DNA of 63,258 nucleotides, filler included, from Sphaeroforma arctica JP610 (taxonomy: Eukaryota): NCBI RefSeq assembly GCF_001186125.1. It is 6 parts of one record of this genome, joined end to end, with 100 filler letters (N's around TTAATTAATTAA, not from the genome) between each part and the next. Parts side by side here need not be neighbours in the genome. Positions count along the whole stretch, not along the records: positions 16,635 to 41,944 come from NW_014040546.1; positions 42,045 to 44,668 come from NW_014040546.1; positions 44,769 to 59,230 come from NW_014040546.1; 3 more parts are not named here. The stretch is one strand, 5' to 3'. Under the pieces are notes generated by a model that was not told the DNA's origin, made no database searches, and saw nothing but the letters and a program-made list of their open reading frames with translations. The translations under genes and the position numbers were made by a program. Positions 35,835 through 51,300 of the stretch are shown one piece after another. The number at the start of each line of letters is the position of its first letter. The first letter of the stretch is position 1.

Positions 35835-37084
35835 ATTATCCGACCATATTTATGAGTTGGAAACAAGCAGCATACTATGTTAGTGCGAACTTATTACATA
35901 TATAAACACATACAAATAATGACCCGAAGTCTGGTTCGAGTTTTCGTTCGTTTTGAATACAAAAGTAAATGTTAGACAAATAATCGCTTCTTGTTCCAAT
36001 ACAACAGTAGACAAATCGAGTCCATTGAAGTACTCCTTATCAATACGTGTAAAGCTACCAGTGTTGTAATCACTGATGTTGGCTCGTTTATGGCTCCGCC
36101 GATAAGGCACGGTTAATGCTGGGTACTTCGAAATAGAGATTTCTCCTTGGCGTCTGCATTAGCCTGAATCACTTTCCAACATTAGATTTGATGTTGAGAT
36201 ATTTTAGGCGTCGTGTATGCTTGATTGCTTTTATAAGTGCAAAAGTCAGATATCCACGCGCAAATAGTATAGTCAAATATTCAACTAATACATCGACCAG
36301 TATCACGAGTAGGAAGTAGGTTTACCAATCAGGCTTTATTTTAGCGAGCAGGTGTACATAGCCTGCCTATGCGTCCACAAATTTAAACTCGATATGCGAA
36401 CTGTCAACTATTAATCAATACGAGAAATGTATACGTATGCATTTCACATTGACTTGGGCCTAGTCACAAACTCCTGATGCAGACACCAATCAGGAATCTC
36501 CACACCAGGATCAATGCCAGAGCATTCACACTACCCCATGATTGCACGTAGGACCCAATATGATGACAGTGACAGCGTCGATACCAGATGCAGTGGCCGC
36601 AACCAAACTTTGAAGCGATTCAACACCCATATATCGAGACTGGAAAAACGATAACGAATTGACCTCGACCAAATTTCAATCTCGAGAAAATATGGCGGAC
36701 TCAGAAACGGGATGTATGAGCTATAACCGGAACCAGTTTTCGCGAAATGGCAGACAAAGCGGTATATGTCATAGACTACATCACAATCTATCATAAATAG
36801 CTGACGAGAGCATCTGCAACCACTTGTTGCTCTGAACACATTGACCACTGAACCCTGTGTGACTCAACTGTTTACAGTCACGAAGCATCCGTTGCTGCAC
36901 GTTCACACCAGTCAGTGCACACGCTGAAACCTACAATTCAGATCTAATCCGCGCAAACCATCGTAGATCGCGCTACTTTCGAAGTGATAGACCACCCATT
37001 GCCGTATAACCCACAAGCAGAGCTCAATAGAATAATCTCGCTTGCAGATTATACCACGAAAATCCGCAGGCGTTCGAATTCGCT

Positions 37085-38737
37085 CTACTGTAGATACTCC
37101 GAAAGCAGATGAGTGGAGCCGAAATATCCGCGGGTGTTCTCAATTACAATATGACAGTTCCCATCTGATGTCTCGTCTGTAGTGAGGAAAACAAAGAGTG
37201 AGACAGGGAAAGTAAACGGTTAGACCATCCTTCGAACAGAATCAATTTATCAGCTGTCGAAACTTGGAATTAGTCACCTGATCCTGCTTAGCGCACATGA
37301 GAAAATGTAAATAAGTACCCACCTGTCTCTGATGCCAGGTTGTGATACTGGCACAGACCATGCACGAGCATTCGAAGGAAGCTATTATTCATCTTCCAGA
37401 CAACCACCATATCTGGGTCGTCCGTGAAGTTGCAAACCAGTTCCTTCTCTAACGAGTTCACCATTTCCTGTCAAGTTGTAAATTGGGCAGAACATCAGTA
37501 TTATATGCAATTCAAATAAAACTATTCCAACATAGATCTCACGCAGGTGAGAAAGATACGAGTCGAACCTGTGATATTAGAACACTTTCTCGTTCAAGGA
37601 GTCAATCTTTTATTTCAAAAATCCAAGTAGGCAATTCAAAGGCGAGTGAACGTCCATCATGAGTCAGTCTAAGGAGACTAAACGGTGAGACGCTCTACAA
37701 ATGAATTGAAAAGTGAACGGATTCTATGTCATACCAGGGGTATGTTTGTCTTGTTGTAAGCCTTCCTGATATGTCTGTCCATTCGATTAAAACAATCTTG
37801 AGGGGTCGCACTCAGTGCACCGCGGGAGCGATCCTTGACATCACCGAAGGATGGCCGGGAATAGCTATACACACATGCGTGAATACAATATACAAAGCAA
37901 TTATATCTGTGAGTCTGAGCCTGGATCTAATCAAAAACAAGAATCTGCTTCATTTGGCACACTTAAATACTTTCCAGAGAGTCTGATTCGTGGCGGTATG
38001 GAAAAATCCAACAGTAAACAGTACAAAACGATGCCTTGGTAACAGAAGGGAAACAGTCTACACCACACAACAATCAATCCAAAAACACCGATTTAAGCTG
38101 TTTCATCGCGGCACTAAAAACTATGTTCATGCCCGAAATAAAAAGATATACCAACATGATACATACGTTTCCGCAACCACTATATCCTGGTCTGCGTCAA
38201 GATCAATCCACTCATGTGCATAGCTCGGCCTTTCCAGCAGTATATCAAAACTCGTACGCCGTTTTGGCTCGACATAATTCCAATCGAACTCTTCTTCTAG
38301 CTCCATCAATTCCATCACTGATACGACGGGTGCAAACAGAAATGAAAAACTAAGATACTGCCCATCACAGTGGTTGTCACCTACCCCCACAGCAAACAGT
38401 AAATTGAAATATGATTTATATCCATAAACGTGAAGAAGAAAACCACCAATTTATGAACACTGCACACTAAAACGGGAACGACGCCATGTCTTGCGAACCC
38501 TTGGCGACTGCGACATGCGAATGTGCGAACCATAGCAATGTATGGACAGATATAAATATATGCATTTATGTGTATATATACATGTATATATGTATAGATA
38601 TATATATACATACGTATATATATATATTGAGAGCTCAAACACGCACACACGCACACAAACATTGTACATATATAAATATATAGATGTATAAATATGTAGA
38701 TGTAGATGTATATATATATGTATATGTATATGTATAC

Positions 38738-38831
<94 letters not shown>

Positions 38832-39424
38832 TACTAACTACGTAACGNNNNNNNNNNNNNNNNNNNNATATAAATATATATACATATACACGAGCCGAAC
38901 GACTGCATAACCCATGCACTGCCATCAGAAGGATAGACTATATAGAAATAGCCTGCCAATGAGAGAGGTACATAAAGTGAATGCATAGATGTTACAGAAA
39001 GTAACCTGTTTGCTTTGGAATTTGTGTGCAAGAACGACTATAGGCAGTCTGACACTAAGCCCTGAGCGTAATTGTCGACCATCATCCTTGCACTGAAACC
39101 AAGCAAGACAATGGCCCGATAAAATATGTCCCGTGAATGTCTTCTAAAGACATCTCGACCCCATATATACAATCACAATAACATGTTCTAGCACTAAGAC
39201 AATGATCCTGCGATAGATATTCTAGAAATAAATACAATAAATGGTCGACCCACATATGCATTCATACAGTCAAGGTATCGCTGATGTCTGCGCCCTCCCC
39301 GGCGCGACTGCTTCTCACTGTATTTGCGCTGAGATAATGGCGTCTTTCTGAATCGCGGCTTAGGCCCAGGCAGAGGAATAGTATCCCGCATGGGCTCCGA
39401 CGGCGATAGTGCGATCACCGACAT
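37085..39424 (-). CDS. R3HDM4: R3H domain-containing protein 4 homologue
   Basis: Phase-consistent exons 39424-39268 ([10 protein letters not shown]), 38317-38167, 37864-37735 ([24 protein letters not shown]), 37467-37323 ([22 protein letters not shown], RxxxH motif), 37176-37085 (LLSEYLQ stop). Confidence 0.85.
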
Positions 39425-40499
39425 GACTGATAGGACTTGTATATTTGAATTGATTCGTGGTGTGACGAGAAAAAGTCTATTGATAGGAAGAAAATGAGGC
39501 TGAAGTATGTACTTTGACTAAAATTACTAAGTGTGTACACAGATGTGTATTAATACAACAAAATTGGATGGAGTTTGTATACAGTTGCTGTTTGCAGTGT
39601 CGAGAATTCACACATCTGTTGGATCTACTGCGTACGAATGGTGTACCAAATTCGACGTGTGGGCTGTTTGGGTATCCAGGTTTTTATTTCGTTCGACTTC
39701 CTGAACGCTTCCTATATGTATTTATACAATCGTCGATCACATCATTCACTATATGAGTCACGGCAAAATCAACTTCTACGCACCAATCACAGAGGGCCAA
39801 ACACCATATGAAAGTTTCGATACTTTGTATTGGATGTAATGAAGAGTTTAAATTCACAGGATTGGATACAAAATATATATTCATTCAAAGTGCGAGACCT
39901 ATATTAATACCGAATTAACATACATACATGGACTTCAATGATACTCGATACGTACTTCGCCCGCTCTCTCTCTCTTCTCTCTCTCTTCTCTCTCTCTTCT
40001 CTCTCTCTAGAGAGACCTACGTAGTTGCCTTCTCACTTGGTTTCGAAGTAGTGTAATCGTGACCGGGGTTGCGGTGTGGGGGATTGATATGCGCTTTGCA
40101 ACACCACTTCGGAATACACTTGGTGTAGGCATTCAATAATTGTCCCCTCTCAGGCATAAATGATAAAGTCTGAGGCGGGACAGGTTAAGTGTGATGTTAA
40201 GCTCGTATTTGTTTGTTGCGAAACGTACACCACTTCCAAGTCATTCCTATCATGTAGAAGACACATATATGCTGTGGAAATGGAACGCGTATATATGAAA
40301 TGTACGAGTGCTTAGTTTCTTTCCGTCTATCGATCGCAAAGTGGCTACTGAATAGTCTCTGACCGTAGCAATAAATCTACAGGGTTTGTTCGGGTGAACT
40401 AGTCTGCACCTTCTATCAGGTCAGTGTAGTTCATAACCATTTGTTATGATCAGGACATCGGTGGAATATCAAAGACTTTCCGCAATGCCATGAATAGAG

Positions 40500-41120
40500 G
40501 GACAGCATTTCACCAAAATATTTCAAGAAATATGTAGTCCTACTGATTATTTGTATTCGTCTGCCTGCTGCTCTGAGATTGTTACCATAACCAAGACCCT
40601 ATAATCCGCAAGATGTGTCCTTATATGTTTGAGACTCATAGGAACTAGCACTGGAAACTGCTAACTCGCCCAGTGGATCCACTGACCACAGCACAAAACG
40701 CTCAGTTGAAGTTCGCACACTGATAGTTAACTATATAGCATTTCTTTTTTGGGAAGACTCATGCTCGCCTGCACCTTTTATTAGGTCGATCGTAGGTCAT
40801 ATTCATTTCTTGTCACCAGAGCATTAGTGAAATTTAATGACGTTCCGCACCACCATCGATAGTGGGTTTCGCCAAGAAAATCAAGAAAACATAGTACTAC
40901 CAACTAATTGTATTCGTCTGCCTGTTGCTTTGGCATTCTTACGGTAACTAGGCTCCTATAATCCGTAAAATGCGTCGTTACATGACTAGGACTCATAAAA
41001 CCTAACACTGGCTGCTGCTATCTCGCCCAGTGCGTCCACTGAATACTGAATCACACAAAATACAGGAGGATGTTCAGATAAGACATCACAGGCTCACTGA
41101 TAGTCAACAATACAGCAAAT
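40500..41120. repeat. Diverged direct repeat, period ~360 bp
   Basis: TTGTATTCGTCTGCCTG...CTATAATCCG...CTCGCCCAGTG..TCCACTGA at about 40550-40686 and 40907-41043. Confidence 0.75.
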
Positions 41121-41649
41121 GAAAATGAAGACACAATTGTGTTCGTATAAATCACGAATTCGTAAAAACTGAAAATAAAAACGCAAATATGTGATAAAGC
41201 GTTCAAAGTCAACACCAGCTCGCTAGTACATCTTGTTATCCGATTGCCGATGGTATCTGAGGGTAGACTGTGCAGTGGATACGCTTAGATAGGGATTGAT
41301 GGATAGATAAGCTCGTGTAGTTGATCTGGCGGTTTGTATTGTTTCAATCCCTTTGCTGATGCGTGGTCCACCCCTCGAGTTGCTGCGACTATAGTACACG
41401 GTGCTCCAGGGGAGGTGCGTAAACACTCTCAGCGCGTAGAATAATACACTATAAGCACACTATCGTACATGCGCGATATCTTTAGATCGCCTGCTGTAAG
41501 CAATAAACGAGCACATATAAGGCGTGCTTATGTGCGCCGAGACCAGGAATATCTATCAATACACAGGTTAACACAGTATTGATTAGATTAAAAAACCGGT
41601 ATCGATATAAACAGTATTTCTTAGATTGATACTAAAGGTCAGCATTCAG

Positions 41650-41818
41650 ATGTCGGATTCAGATACACCCGAACATGCCTCCAAAGGTAGCTTGAAACCT
41701 GTTATGCCTGATGTACTTGACATGCTGAACCGGTCAAAGGCCTCGCCGTCGCCGTCGTCATTGTCTTTGCCACATGTCATCACCACAGACGCTGCAGAAG
41801 ACAACGTTTCAGTCCCAG
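41650..41818 (+). CDS. Probable exon of an unidentified gene running into the gap
   Basis: MSDSDTPEHASKGSLKP...NVSVP ending at CAG/GTATGC donor; no homology recognised. Confidence 0.4.
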
Positions 41819-42346
41819 GTATGCACTGGCATATACCGGCATAGCATCAACAATATCTGCGAGATAACATATCCGGCTTGGGGCACTTCATAAAACAGTT
41901 CACTTTACACGCTGATCACACCCATGCGATTGATACAATCATATNNNNNNNNNNNNNNNNNNNNNNNNNNNNNNNNNNNNNNNNNNNNTTAATTAATTAA
42001 NNNNNNNNNNNNNNNNNNNNNNNNNNNNNNNNNNNNNNNNNNNNTATCCATTTTAACAAACGGCATAGGTTGGTACAGTCTAGTGAGCATATCCATCTTA
42101 ACAAACGGCATAGGTAGATACAGTCCAGTGAGCACTTGGTCACTATGCAAGACAACTAGTATACATACATCTTAACAAACGGCATAGGTAGGTACAGTCA
42201 CCGTATCCTCTCGGCCAGACGGACGATAAAATATAGCGTCGCAATGCACGCACACGTTAATACCCATTCACAGCATAAGTGTGATATACATCGAACAACC
42301 TATTGCACCCACAAGCAACCGCTGCACTACCAAGTAACCACCGCAC

Positions 42347-45300
42347 CTTTTCGGCTGAGCGGATGATGATGCCCCTCTCGTCGCCTGTGAGGTCTCCTTG
42401 CATGGTGTGTGTCTTGCCTGAGCCTGTTTGGCCATAAGCAAACAGGCAGACGTTGTAGCCGTCGATTGCACTCTGCACAAACTGAGACACCTCGTCGAAG
42501 ACTTCTTCCTGTGGCGGTAGGAGGGTTGTATGTTGTGCTGGGTTGGGTTATCTGTGTTGATGTGTCGTGTTGTGTTGTGTTGTGTTGTGTTGGTGTGTTG
42601 TGTTGGTGTGTTGTGTTGGGTTGTAGCTATTTGTGTTGGGGGAGGGAGAGATATGTATTTGAGTATGTTGTACAGTGCGATGGTATGTTGGGACACATGC
42701 TTGTATTTTGTAGGTAAAGAATCTTAGATGTTTACGACAGCAACTTCTGCAAACACGGCTCTCGTGCGATGCGATGAGCGAGTGGTGTATGGCACTTGGT
42801 TGTTCTGAAGTGCTTTTGCCCTTATAATTTTAGGGTTTAGGGTTTAGGCTAAAAACCCTTATCAATTGCCCCTTTGTATAGCTGGACAGACCCACATCTG
42901 TGCGTTTGAAATGCCGCGTGCTTTGTATCATATTGATATCCACAATATATTCTGGGGATCTAATATTTCGGAGAGCCATGATTGGGTACACCGCCGCTAT
43001 GTACACACCTGTGTAGAGTTTGGTTGGAAGACACGGTCAAAGGAGAAGGGCTGCCTGTTGCCCCGTGCGAGTAGGCTGAGACCATATCCGTCGCCCTTGT
43101 AGTTGATGGGTGGCTGGTCATCTTCACAGCCATTCTTCAGCGGCCGTACACGCACGCACACACGTATTTTGCCCTTGAGATCCTGCACCTGGTTGTGTAA
43201 TTTGCGACGGGCCATTTCTGTCGCAAATACCTGTGGTGGGTTGGGGATGTAGGGTATGATAGAGGATTAGTAGCCCGTGTGCTGGTTGGTTTGTCGCCCA
43301 TTGCAGCTATTTGCGACGAGGTCACACATGACCGTTTCTTAAAGTCGCATACAAGTAATTCAATAGTGCACCAGATAGAATACGTCGCTATGGGATGTCA
43401 GTATCGCACACTTCTTTGTGACGAATAGACAATGTCTGAAATCCTTAACTACACGCATTTGTGCTGTCGTATTGGCCATTCGACTGGACATTGCATTTGC
43501 TTGTAGATCGGACTTATACATACATACACACATAATATATATATATATATATTATACGAAAACACACACACACTCGCACACGCACACGCACACATACTCA
43601 AACACATACATATACATATTGTATATATATATAGTCACACGTACCTGGTCAGTTAATTCTGCTATCCTGGCCCTTGCTTGTAGCAGATTTTTTTGCGATC
43701 CTTCGAGTGATGCCATTTTCGCTTTCAGATTCTGTATGTAAATGTTAATTACAGCCGAAATATGATAACCCAAATGAACGTAGCAGATAAAATTCTCATA
43801 TATGCACACTTATGTTATTGTTTTCAATCCTGTAGTTGATGTCTGGAAACCACATGTTCGAATTGTCCTGTCGATAAAATTTGGGTCGGATACTTAGGTA
43901 CATAGAAACAATTAAAACTTTCCGTACTGCACCTACAAGATATTTATGAAAATATTGGTAGAAATGTACGTATACATATATTTATATATATATTTAGACT
44001 ACACACTCATCCTACCTCGTTCTCCGTAGTCACTTTGCACAGGCGCTCAATCTGCGCTGCATTTGTAGCTGTGCCACTCTCCGTTAACGTGTCCTTCAGA
44101 GTGGACAGTTGCGCTGTGAGAGCATTGCTCTGTGTATTGGCTGCTTCGAAGGCTTTTGCGACGGTGTGGTTGCTTTCCTTCAAGGTGGCCTTCTCTTCTT
44201 GCCACGACAGTTCTTTGGTCTGCAATACGAAACGTAACGGTTAGAGTTGTGTTTAGGGTTATGTTTATGTAGAAGGTTGCTACACTTCTTAGAATAGTCT
44301 CCATAGAAGGTTCCAACATCTCTTGGGTTGAGTGACTGGTTGCACGAGGGGAGATTGTATGCGAAGGTTAAGGTTGACAGCCGAGGACTACTAAACACCA
44401 GACTATGAAAGCTAGTGCTAAACCCTAAAACACCAGACTATGAAAGCTAGTGCTGAAACACTAAAACACCAGACTATGTCAACTCCTGCATCTTCGTTTG
44501 GTACTCTCATCATTGCAATGGCACGTCGAAGCCCACGGACCAATCGACGCAGAACACCCACACGACATACACGACACTCCCAAACAAGTCACGTTGTATA
44601 TATATATAGTTGTATATATATATAGTTATATATATATATATATATATATATGTATTTATATATATAGTNNNNNNNNNNNNNNNNNNNNNNNNNNNNNNNN
44701 NNNNNNNNNNNNTTAATTAATTAANNNNNNNNNNNNNNNNNNNNNNNNNNNNNNNNNNNNNNNNNNNNGTATATATATATATTGTATATATATATAGTTA
44801 TATATATATATATATATATATATGTATTTATATATATAGGTTACAATCCAGACCCTAAAACCCTAGACTATACCACAAAATGTACAAGCCACGTTGTATA
44901 TATATCGTTGTATATATATATAGTTATATATATATATATATTTATATAGGTTAAAATCCAGACCCTAAATCCCTAGACTATACCACAAAATGTATACAAA
45001 ATTAACGCCAAACAGGCCGCAGCGTACTTCACCTGTAGTTGATGGGCAAGGCGTTCTAGTTCGTTCTTGAGTCGAGAGTTTTGTGAGCGCAGATCTTCAA
45101 GCTCAGTATTACTCTCATCTATTTTTAGCTCAGTTAGCTTACTCTTGATCACTAATTCTTCCACACTTGCCTCGAGTTTCTTGTTCTGCCTGCAAAGTGA
45201 ACGCGTTTGTATCGAAATAGACGAGAACACCTGGGTGACTTGGGAGTGTCCGTCAGCGTATACGTATACTTATACATTATGTATCGATACTACTTGTAAA

Positions 45301-48300
45301 TGTATCAATACTTATTGTAAAAGTTTATCAATACTACTTGTTAGTGTAAACACCGCTTGTATACCTTCATACTACTAATTTCCGACTGCTGTTTTTCTTT
45401 ACCCTCTGGGAAATGACAAAGCTCTTGTACATAAAATGATCACAATACCTTGCCACCACCAAGAAAGTCCGCCATTCAATCAATGGACAGAAGTATTAGG
45501 AATTTAGAACATTTAGCGCACACCAAATACAGAAAATTAGGGCAAACCACGTTTTTGGGGGGGGTATAGTTTGGGTTCCTAAATAGCAAGCACTGAGATG
45601 GCCTACAATTTGGCTTCGGCGAGTTCGACATCCTTTGCTTGCTGCCCCTCTGCCAGTTGTTTGATCTGTGCGTTCAGGTCGTCGGAATTCGATCGAGCCT
45701 ATCCATTGCGCAGTGCGAGAAATAGATGTGTATAGTATTAGTGCATGCATAGATGTGCATAGTATAAGTGCAGGCATGAGATGGTGAAGGGTACGTACAC
45801 GTCCCATTGTGCTATACATGGTATAAAAGGGTATCATGAAACCGCACAGTCAAAAACCCCCCCGGGGTTTTAAACTCTAGCTTGACTCCTCAGCCACTCC
45901 ATCGACATTAACCTGGTTCATGACTCGTGTTGGGGCTAGCCCTGTCCTACCTCGTTGGTCGTATCGTGTAGTTGCTGCTTAGCCTCGCTCAGCTGCTGTT
46001 TGAGATCGTCTATCAGTTTCTCGTCCTTGCTTTGGTTAGCAGTGAATGCGTTGACCTGCGATAGATATGATGTCTGCGCCATGCTGAAGGTCTCGAGCGT
46101 CTTGCTCATCTCCACTTCTTTCTCTTGCAGCCGTTCTTTGAGTGCCTGGTGTGTGTGCGAGTGATAGTCTATGTATGTGAAAAGTCTGAATGGTCATGTG
46201 TGTGTGTGCGAGTGATAGTCTATGTATGTGAAAAGTTTGAATGATCATATGTGTGTGTGCGAGTGATAGTCTATGTATGTGAAAAGTCTGAAAGGTCATG
46301 TGTGTGTGTGAGTGGCAGAGACAATGTATGCGAAAAGTCTGAATGGTCATGTGTGTTTGTGTGCTTGGCAGAGGCAATGTATGTGAAAAGTCTGAATGGT
46401 CATGTGTGTGTAAGAGAGTGGCAGAGGCAGTGAACAGTTTGGGTGACATTGATTGTGTGAGTCTACACAAGGTAAATTCTGAACGTTCAAGTGCGTGTGT
46501 CATGTAAGACACACTTAAGAGTCTGCTATTTGTGCACGTGAGATTGTATCTATGTGTACATGTGTGTGCGTACAATCCACATGTGATTATTCTGTAGGCA
46601 GTTTGGTTGCCTGCATCTGTGTAGTTACATATGAATGTACTATGATCAGTGCATTCCTGGGTGTACAGTCATGTTCATGCGTGATCTTCAACTGTGTAGT
46701 TACATATGAATGTACCTCTGATCAGTGCATGCCTGGGTGCACAGTCATGTTCATGTGTGATCTTTGACTGTGTAGTTACATATGAATGTACCTATGATCA
46801 GTGCATGCCTGGGTGTACATTCATGTTCATATGTGATCTTTGACTGTGTAGTTACATATGAATGTTCCTATGATCAGTGCATGCCTGGGTGTACAGTCAT
46901 GTTCATGTGTGATCTTTGACTGTGTAGTTACATATGAATGTACCTATGATCCGTGCATGCCCGGGTGCTGGGCCATGTTCATGTGTGATCTTTGATTGTG
47001 TATTTACATATGAATGTACCTATGATCCGTGCATGCCCGGGTGTTGAGCCATGTTCATGTGTGATCTTTGACTGTGTAGTTACATATGAATGTACCTATG
47101 ATCCGTGCATGCGCGGGTGTTGAGCCATGTTCATGCGTGATCTTCGAGTGACATGGGCGTACCCGTTGTGTGTAAAGATGTGCCTGAGGAGCCGTATGCT
47201 AGCTCGTGTGCACAAAATTGTATTCTTGTACGCATGCAATGGTGTGTTTACATCACACACCACTTTCAAGAGGTCAATCCAAACGCTCGTCTCCAAGCCA
47301 TTCAGTAAACATACCGCATATACACACTTACACACACACACCAGTTACACACACATACAGGAGGCACGCATAATACCTACACATATACACGTATCCGCAC
47401 ACCTCACTCTCAGCCGTTGTCTTGCGTATGCTAGCTTCCATATCCGCTATGCGCGTGTCTCTGAATTTGATCTCCCGTTCCTCTGTTCCTGCTGTGTTGG
47501 CCATGTTACTCAGATCCGCTTGCAGACTGCGTACTTCCTCGGCTTTTTTGTCTATTGTGTCTCGCAGTTCCTCGATCTGATTGTATGTTGACGCGTGTGT
47601 ACATATACTTTGGTCATGGATGTGTACATATACTTTGGTCATGTCTGTGTATATGTTGATGCATGTGTACATATACTTTGGTCATGTCTGTGTATATATT
47701 GATGCATGTGTTCATATACTTTGGTCATGGATGTGTATATGTTGATGCATGTGTACATATACTTTTGGTCATGTCTGTGTATATATTGATGTATGTGTTC
47801 ATATACTTTGGTCATGGATGTGTATATGGCCACTTTGAGTTCTCATTTGCAGAATGGAGGTTAAAGACAAGTTCCTGTGCATTTTTGTTAGCCTTGTCAA
47901 AACCCAAAGACTTAAAACCCGGCAGGTACAAAGAGTACGCCGCACAAACACATACATGTGGTGTTTGGGTTCTAGGGTTTAAGATTTTAGAAAACATCAT
48001 GGACCCCCACACATCGTACCACAGATGAACAGACGCGTGCAAGGACAAAGCCACCACGCGATGCGACTAGGCACAACCACAAGCGTAACACACGCCCGCC
48101 TCCCTTGTGCTGCATGAGGCGTAGTTCTATGCATATGCACACAGCTACACCTTTCGACTACTCCTGTGTAAACACCCCCTTATTCGTGCTTGCTTGGGGT
48201 ATGTATACCGTATACCCGTGTACCGTACACACACCTTGTCCCTATAGGCGTCTATTTGCAGTTGGCTCTGTTGCTGCGCTTGCTTGTGCGTGTGTAGTGT

Positions 48301-51300
48301 GTGGCTGTGCGTTCGCCTCAGCTGGTCCAGTTCTGTCTGCAAACTGGCAACGGCTTCTCGATAACCCGTTGATCTGTACAGCGTGCGAGCGCAAGCGAAA
48401 GTCCGTCATTAGCAACCACGCCCGGGGGTGTAGCAAAGCCATGCCAATACAAGTGAACCTATACTATATTAGGTTCCACATGCGTACACTGTGCATTAAA
48501 ATATAGGGACTTCATCGTCCAGACCCGTTAACGTTCTGCGCGACATTTCGGAGTATGTCAACAGGTGGAATTAACGTTTTGTTTAGGCTACTGCTAATAT
48601 CTCCTGCCTGTACAGCACACTCAAAAACATATATACAATTGTTATCAGACTTCCAAATGAATAGATGCACCTACATATGCATATATACACATACAATATA
48701 ATATATATATATATATATAATATAGCAAAAGTCACATATATACCTGTGTAGCTACATACAATTAATACATAGATAACTAGACTAAAACACAGTTCACTCG
48801 CATAGACTTGTTGCCACTTATCTAGCCGCACTTTCAGGGTTGAGCTATGGTAGCTGGGTAATTACTTCCGACGTCTGGCTGATATTTGTATACGATTATA
48901 TTGTCACAGATTGCAATCCGCTAGAGCAGTAGATTCAGACCCATTACCCGTGTCTTACAGATCTGCTCTTTGACGTCAACGGCTGAAAAGCCGAAGCCAT
49001 TTCGTAGAGCGCCCAATAACTACTTATACAAAGATTAGGATACACGTACATCCACAAATGAGCATACACTAGTACATCAGATACACCCCCCATTTGGTCA
49101 CACATACATCCACAATTGAATAGTACATCACATACGCCTCTCGTAACTTTTCCAGCGGCCACCAAGGACAAGCCATGGCTGTGCAGTCTCATCCACAGTG
49201 CTCCCGTGTATTGTTTGTACACACTATCAAAAACACAAACAACAGTACAAACAACCCCGTGGCACTGTATCGGAACATATACAAGCACGCCTACATACGC
49301 TTCTCGCATCTTCTCGACCTCTTCCTTGGTCGATGAGTCATGGTTGTCCAGGCGGTTCCTCAGGTCTTCGGTGTATTGTTTGGCTTCGTCGAGCAGTTGC
49401 TGTGTGGCGTGTAGAGCCTTCTCCGCCTTTTCAGCCCGGACACGCACTGGTTTTAGCCTGCAACACCACATGCATAGAAACATTGAGTGTTTAGAGAGGC
49501 GCGGTTGAAGCAGCCGTTCATACACACAGGAACAGCAATAGGTGACAAACATAGCAACGGGCCATAGGTCTTGAGACTAGAACGTGCTACACCATGGCAT
49601 ATGCAGTAGAGCCCTGAGTTGAGTAGGAGGAATTGATATGTCGAATTCGTTGAACAAACAACCACACAAGTGTCAACTCCACCCACCCTTGTAAGAAGAT
49701 GTATTAAATGAAGCTCCTCATACAACCTCGGCCACCAGACACCTAGATGTTGGACATTTGGTCAGAAAACCCCTAAAACCCTTGTAAGAAGCTCCCCATA
49801 CAACCTCGGCCACTAGACACCAGGATGCTGGACATTTGGTCAGAGGTGCACCCACATACAATTCTGACACCTACAAATATCTGCTGTCGCTTATCTAAGC
49901 CCTACTCGCGCGAGATTGCAGAAGTTGACTCTGCAAACCTTATTGTTCACACAAAAGGTGGCTTAAGTGTCTAGTCTATCGACCTACACACCAGAGGCAT
50001 GTCCACATGTTTCATCAACCACATGCACATACAAAGCAACACGCGTACCAGTACATCTCCACCCGGATCACTCGCAACCCCCCCAATACATTGTAAGTCA
50101 CATATCAACATAACAGGTGTAGCACGTACCTGGCCTTCTCGCCCTGCCTGTCGAGTATTAGACGCTGCTCGACGGTCACACAGTGGTCTCTAAACTCCTC
50201 AGCGTGTTGTGTCAGCTGTCTAAGATAGCCTTTCAGTTCCTTGATGAATATACCGAACTTCACATTCGATTCCTGCACACAGAACAGAGTGTGATAAGAC
50301 GATACTCAGTACACGGTATGATAGGACGATACTAGATATAAGCGATGTCCACTGGGATTGTTGTGATTCTAAACCCTAAACCCTAAGCAATAAACCATGA
50401 GACGATACTAGATATAAGTGATGTCTACTCGGATTGTTGTGATTAATTACATATGGGGAATAGTACATGGAGATGAACAGAACTGTGAGCGGCGCAGATA
50501 TATCGACCGACAGCCATACAGACAACAGAACACTCCTGGAAAAGGCATCACCTTCCACCTTAACACGCACATCACGCAATACACTTACATGCACACCCAT
50601 ACACTCCATGCAAACACCTACCTTCCATCTTAACACGCACATCACACACTACACTTACAAGCACACCCACTCCACTCCATGCAAATACCCACCTTCCACA
50701 ATAACACGCACATCACACACTACACTTACAAGCACACCCATCCCACTGGTTTGCCCACAACCACCTTCCATCTTAACGCGCACATCATACACTACAGTTA
50801 GAAGCACACGCACCTTCCACCTGAGCGGGTTCTTCTCGTTCTTTTTGGGAGGCACCACAGTGCGCTCCACAGCCTTCTCGCACTTCAGTATAAGCGACGC
50901 CAGGTTGCTCTCATACCCCGCAAGCACAGCTGTGCCTGGGCCTGAGGTGGAGGTGACTATGACCTTGGTAGGCGTCTGCTGCACTATGGTGTTGGGGGGG
51001 CGGATGCCTGGGCAGTGGGGGGGGGCGTTGTGGGTTAGTTGTTGGCCACAGAGAGGGAGTACAGTCAATGACTAAGTAACTGATCTAAGCAGTGCTAGGC
51101 GTGGGGTAGGGTGGCTGGTTGAGTACAGGTGAGTTGCCCATTGGGTTGTAGGTGAGAGGGCTCGAGTGTAGGAAATACCAACAGATGCGACGCCGTTTAG
51201 CTGGATGTGGCCACCACTGTGGCAGTGGGCTTGTGCACCATGCTGTCAGTTGAGTTAATTAACAGTGGCTACGGTGTGTGAATAGATGTTGTATCATGCA

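Noticed and set aside
41945..42346. Kinesin-14 as a truncated pseudogene
   Set aside because: The exon chain is intact up to a scaffold gap; the missing switch I/II exons are probably in unsequenced DNA.
46610..47140. CRISPR-like array (also 4320-4657, 51385-51600, 54545-54722)
   Set aside because: Head-to-tail degenerate units with no unique spacers, in eukaryotic introns or flanks, and no cas genes.
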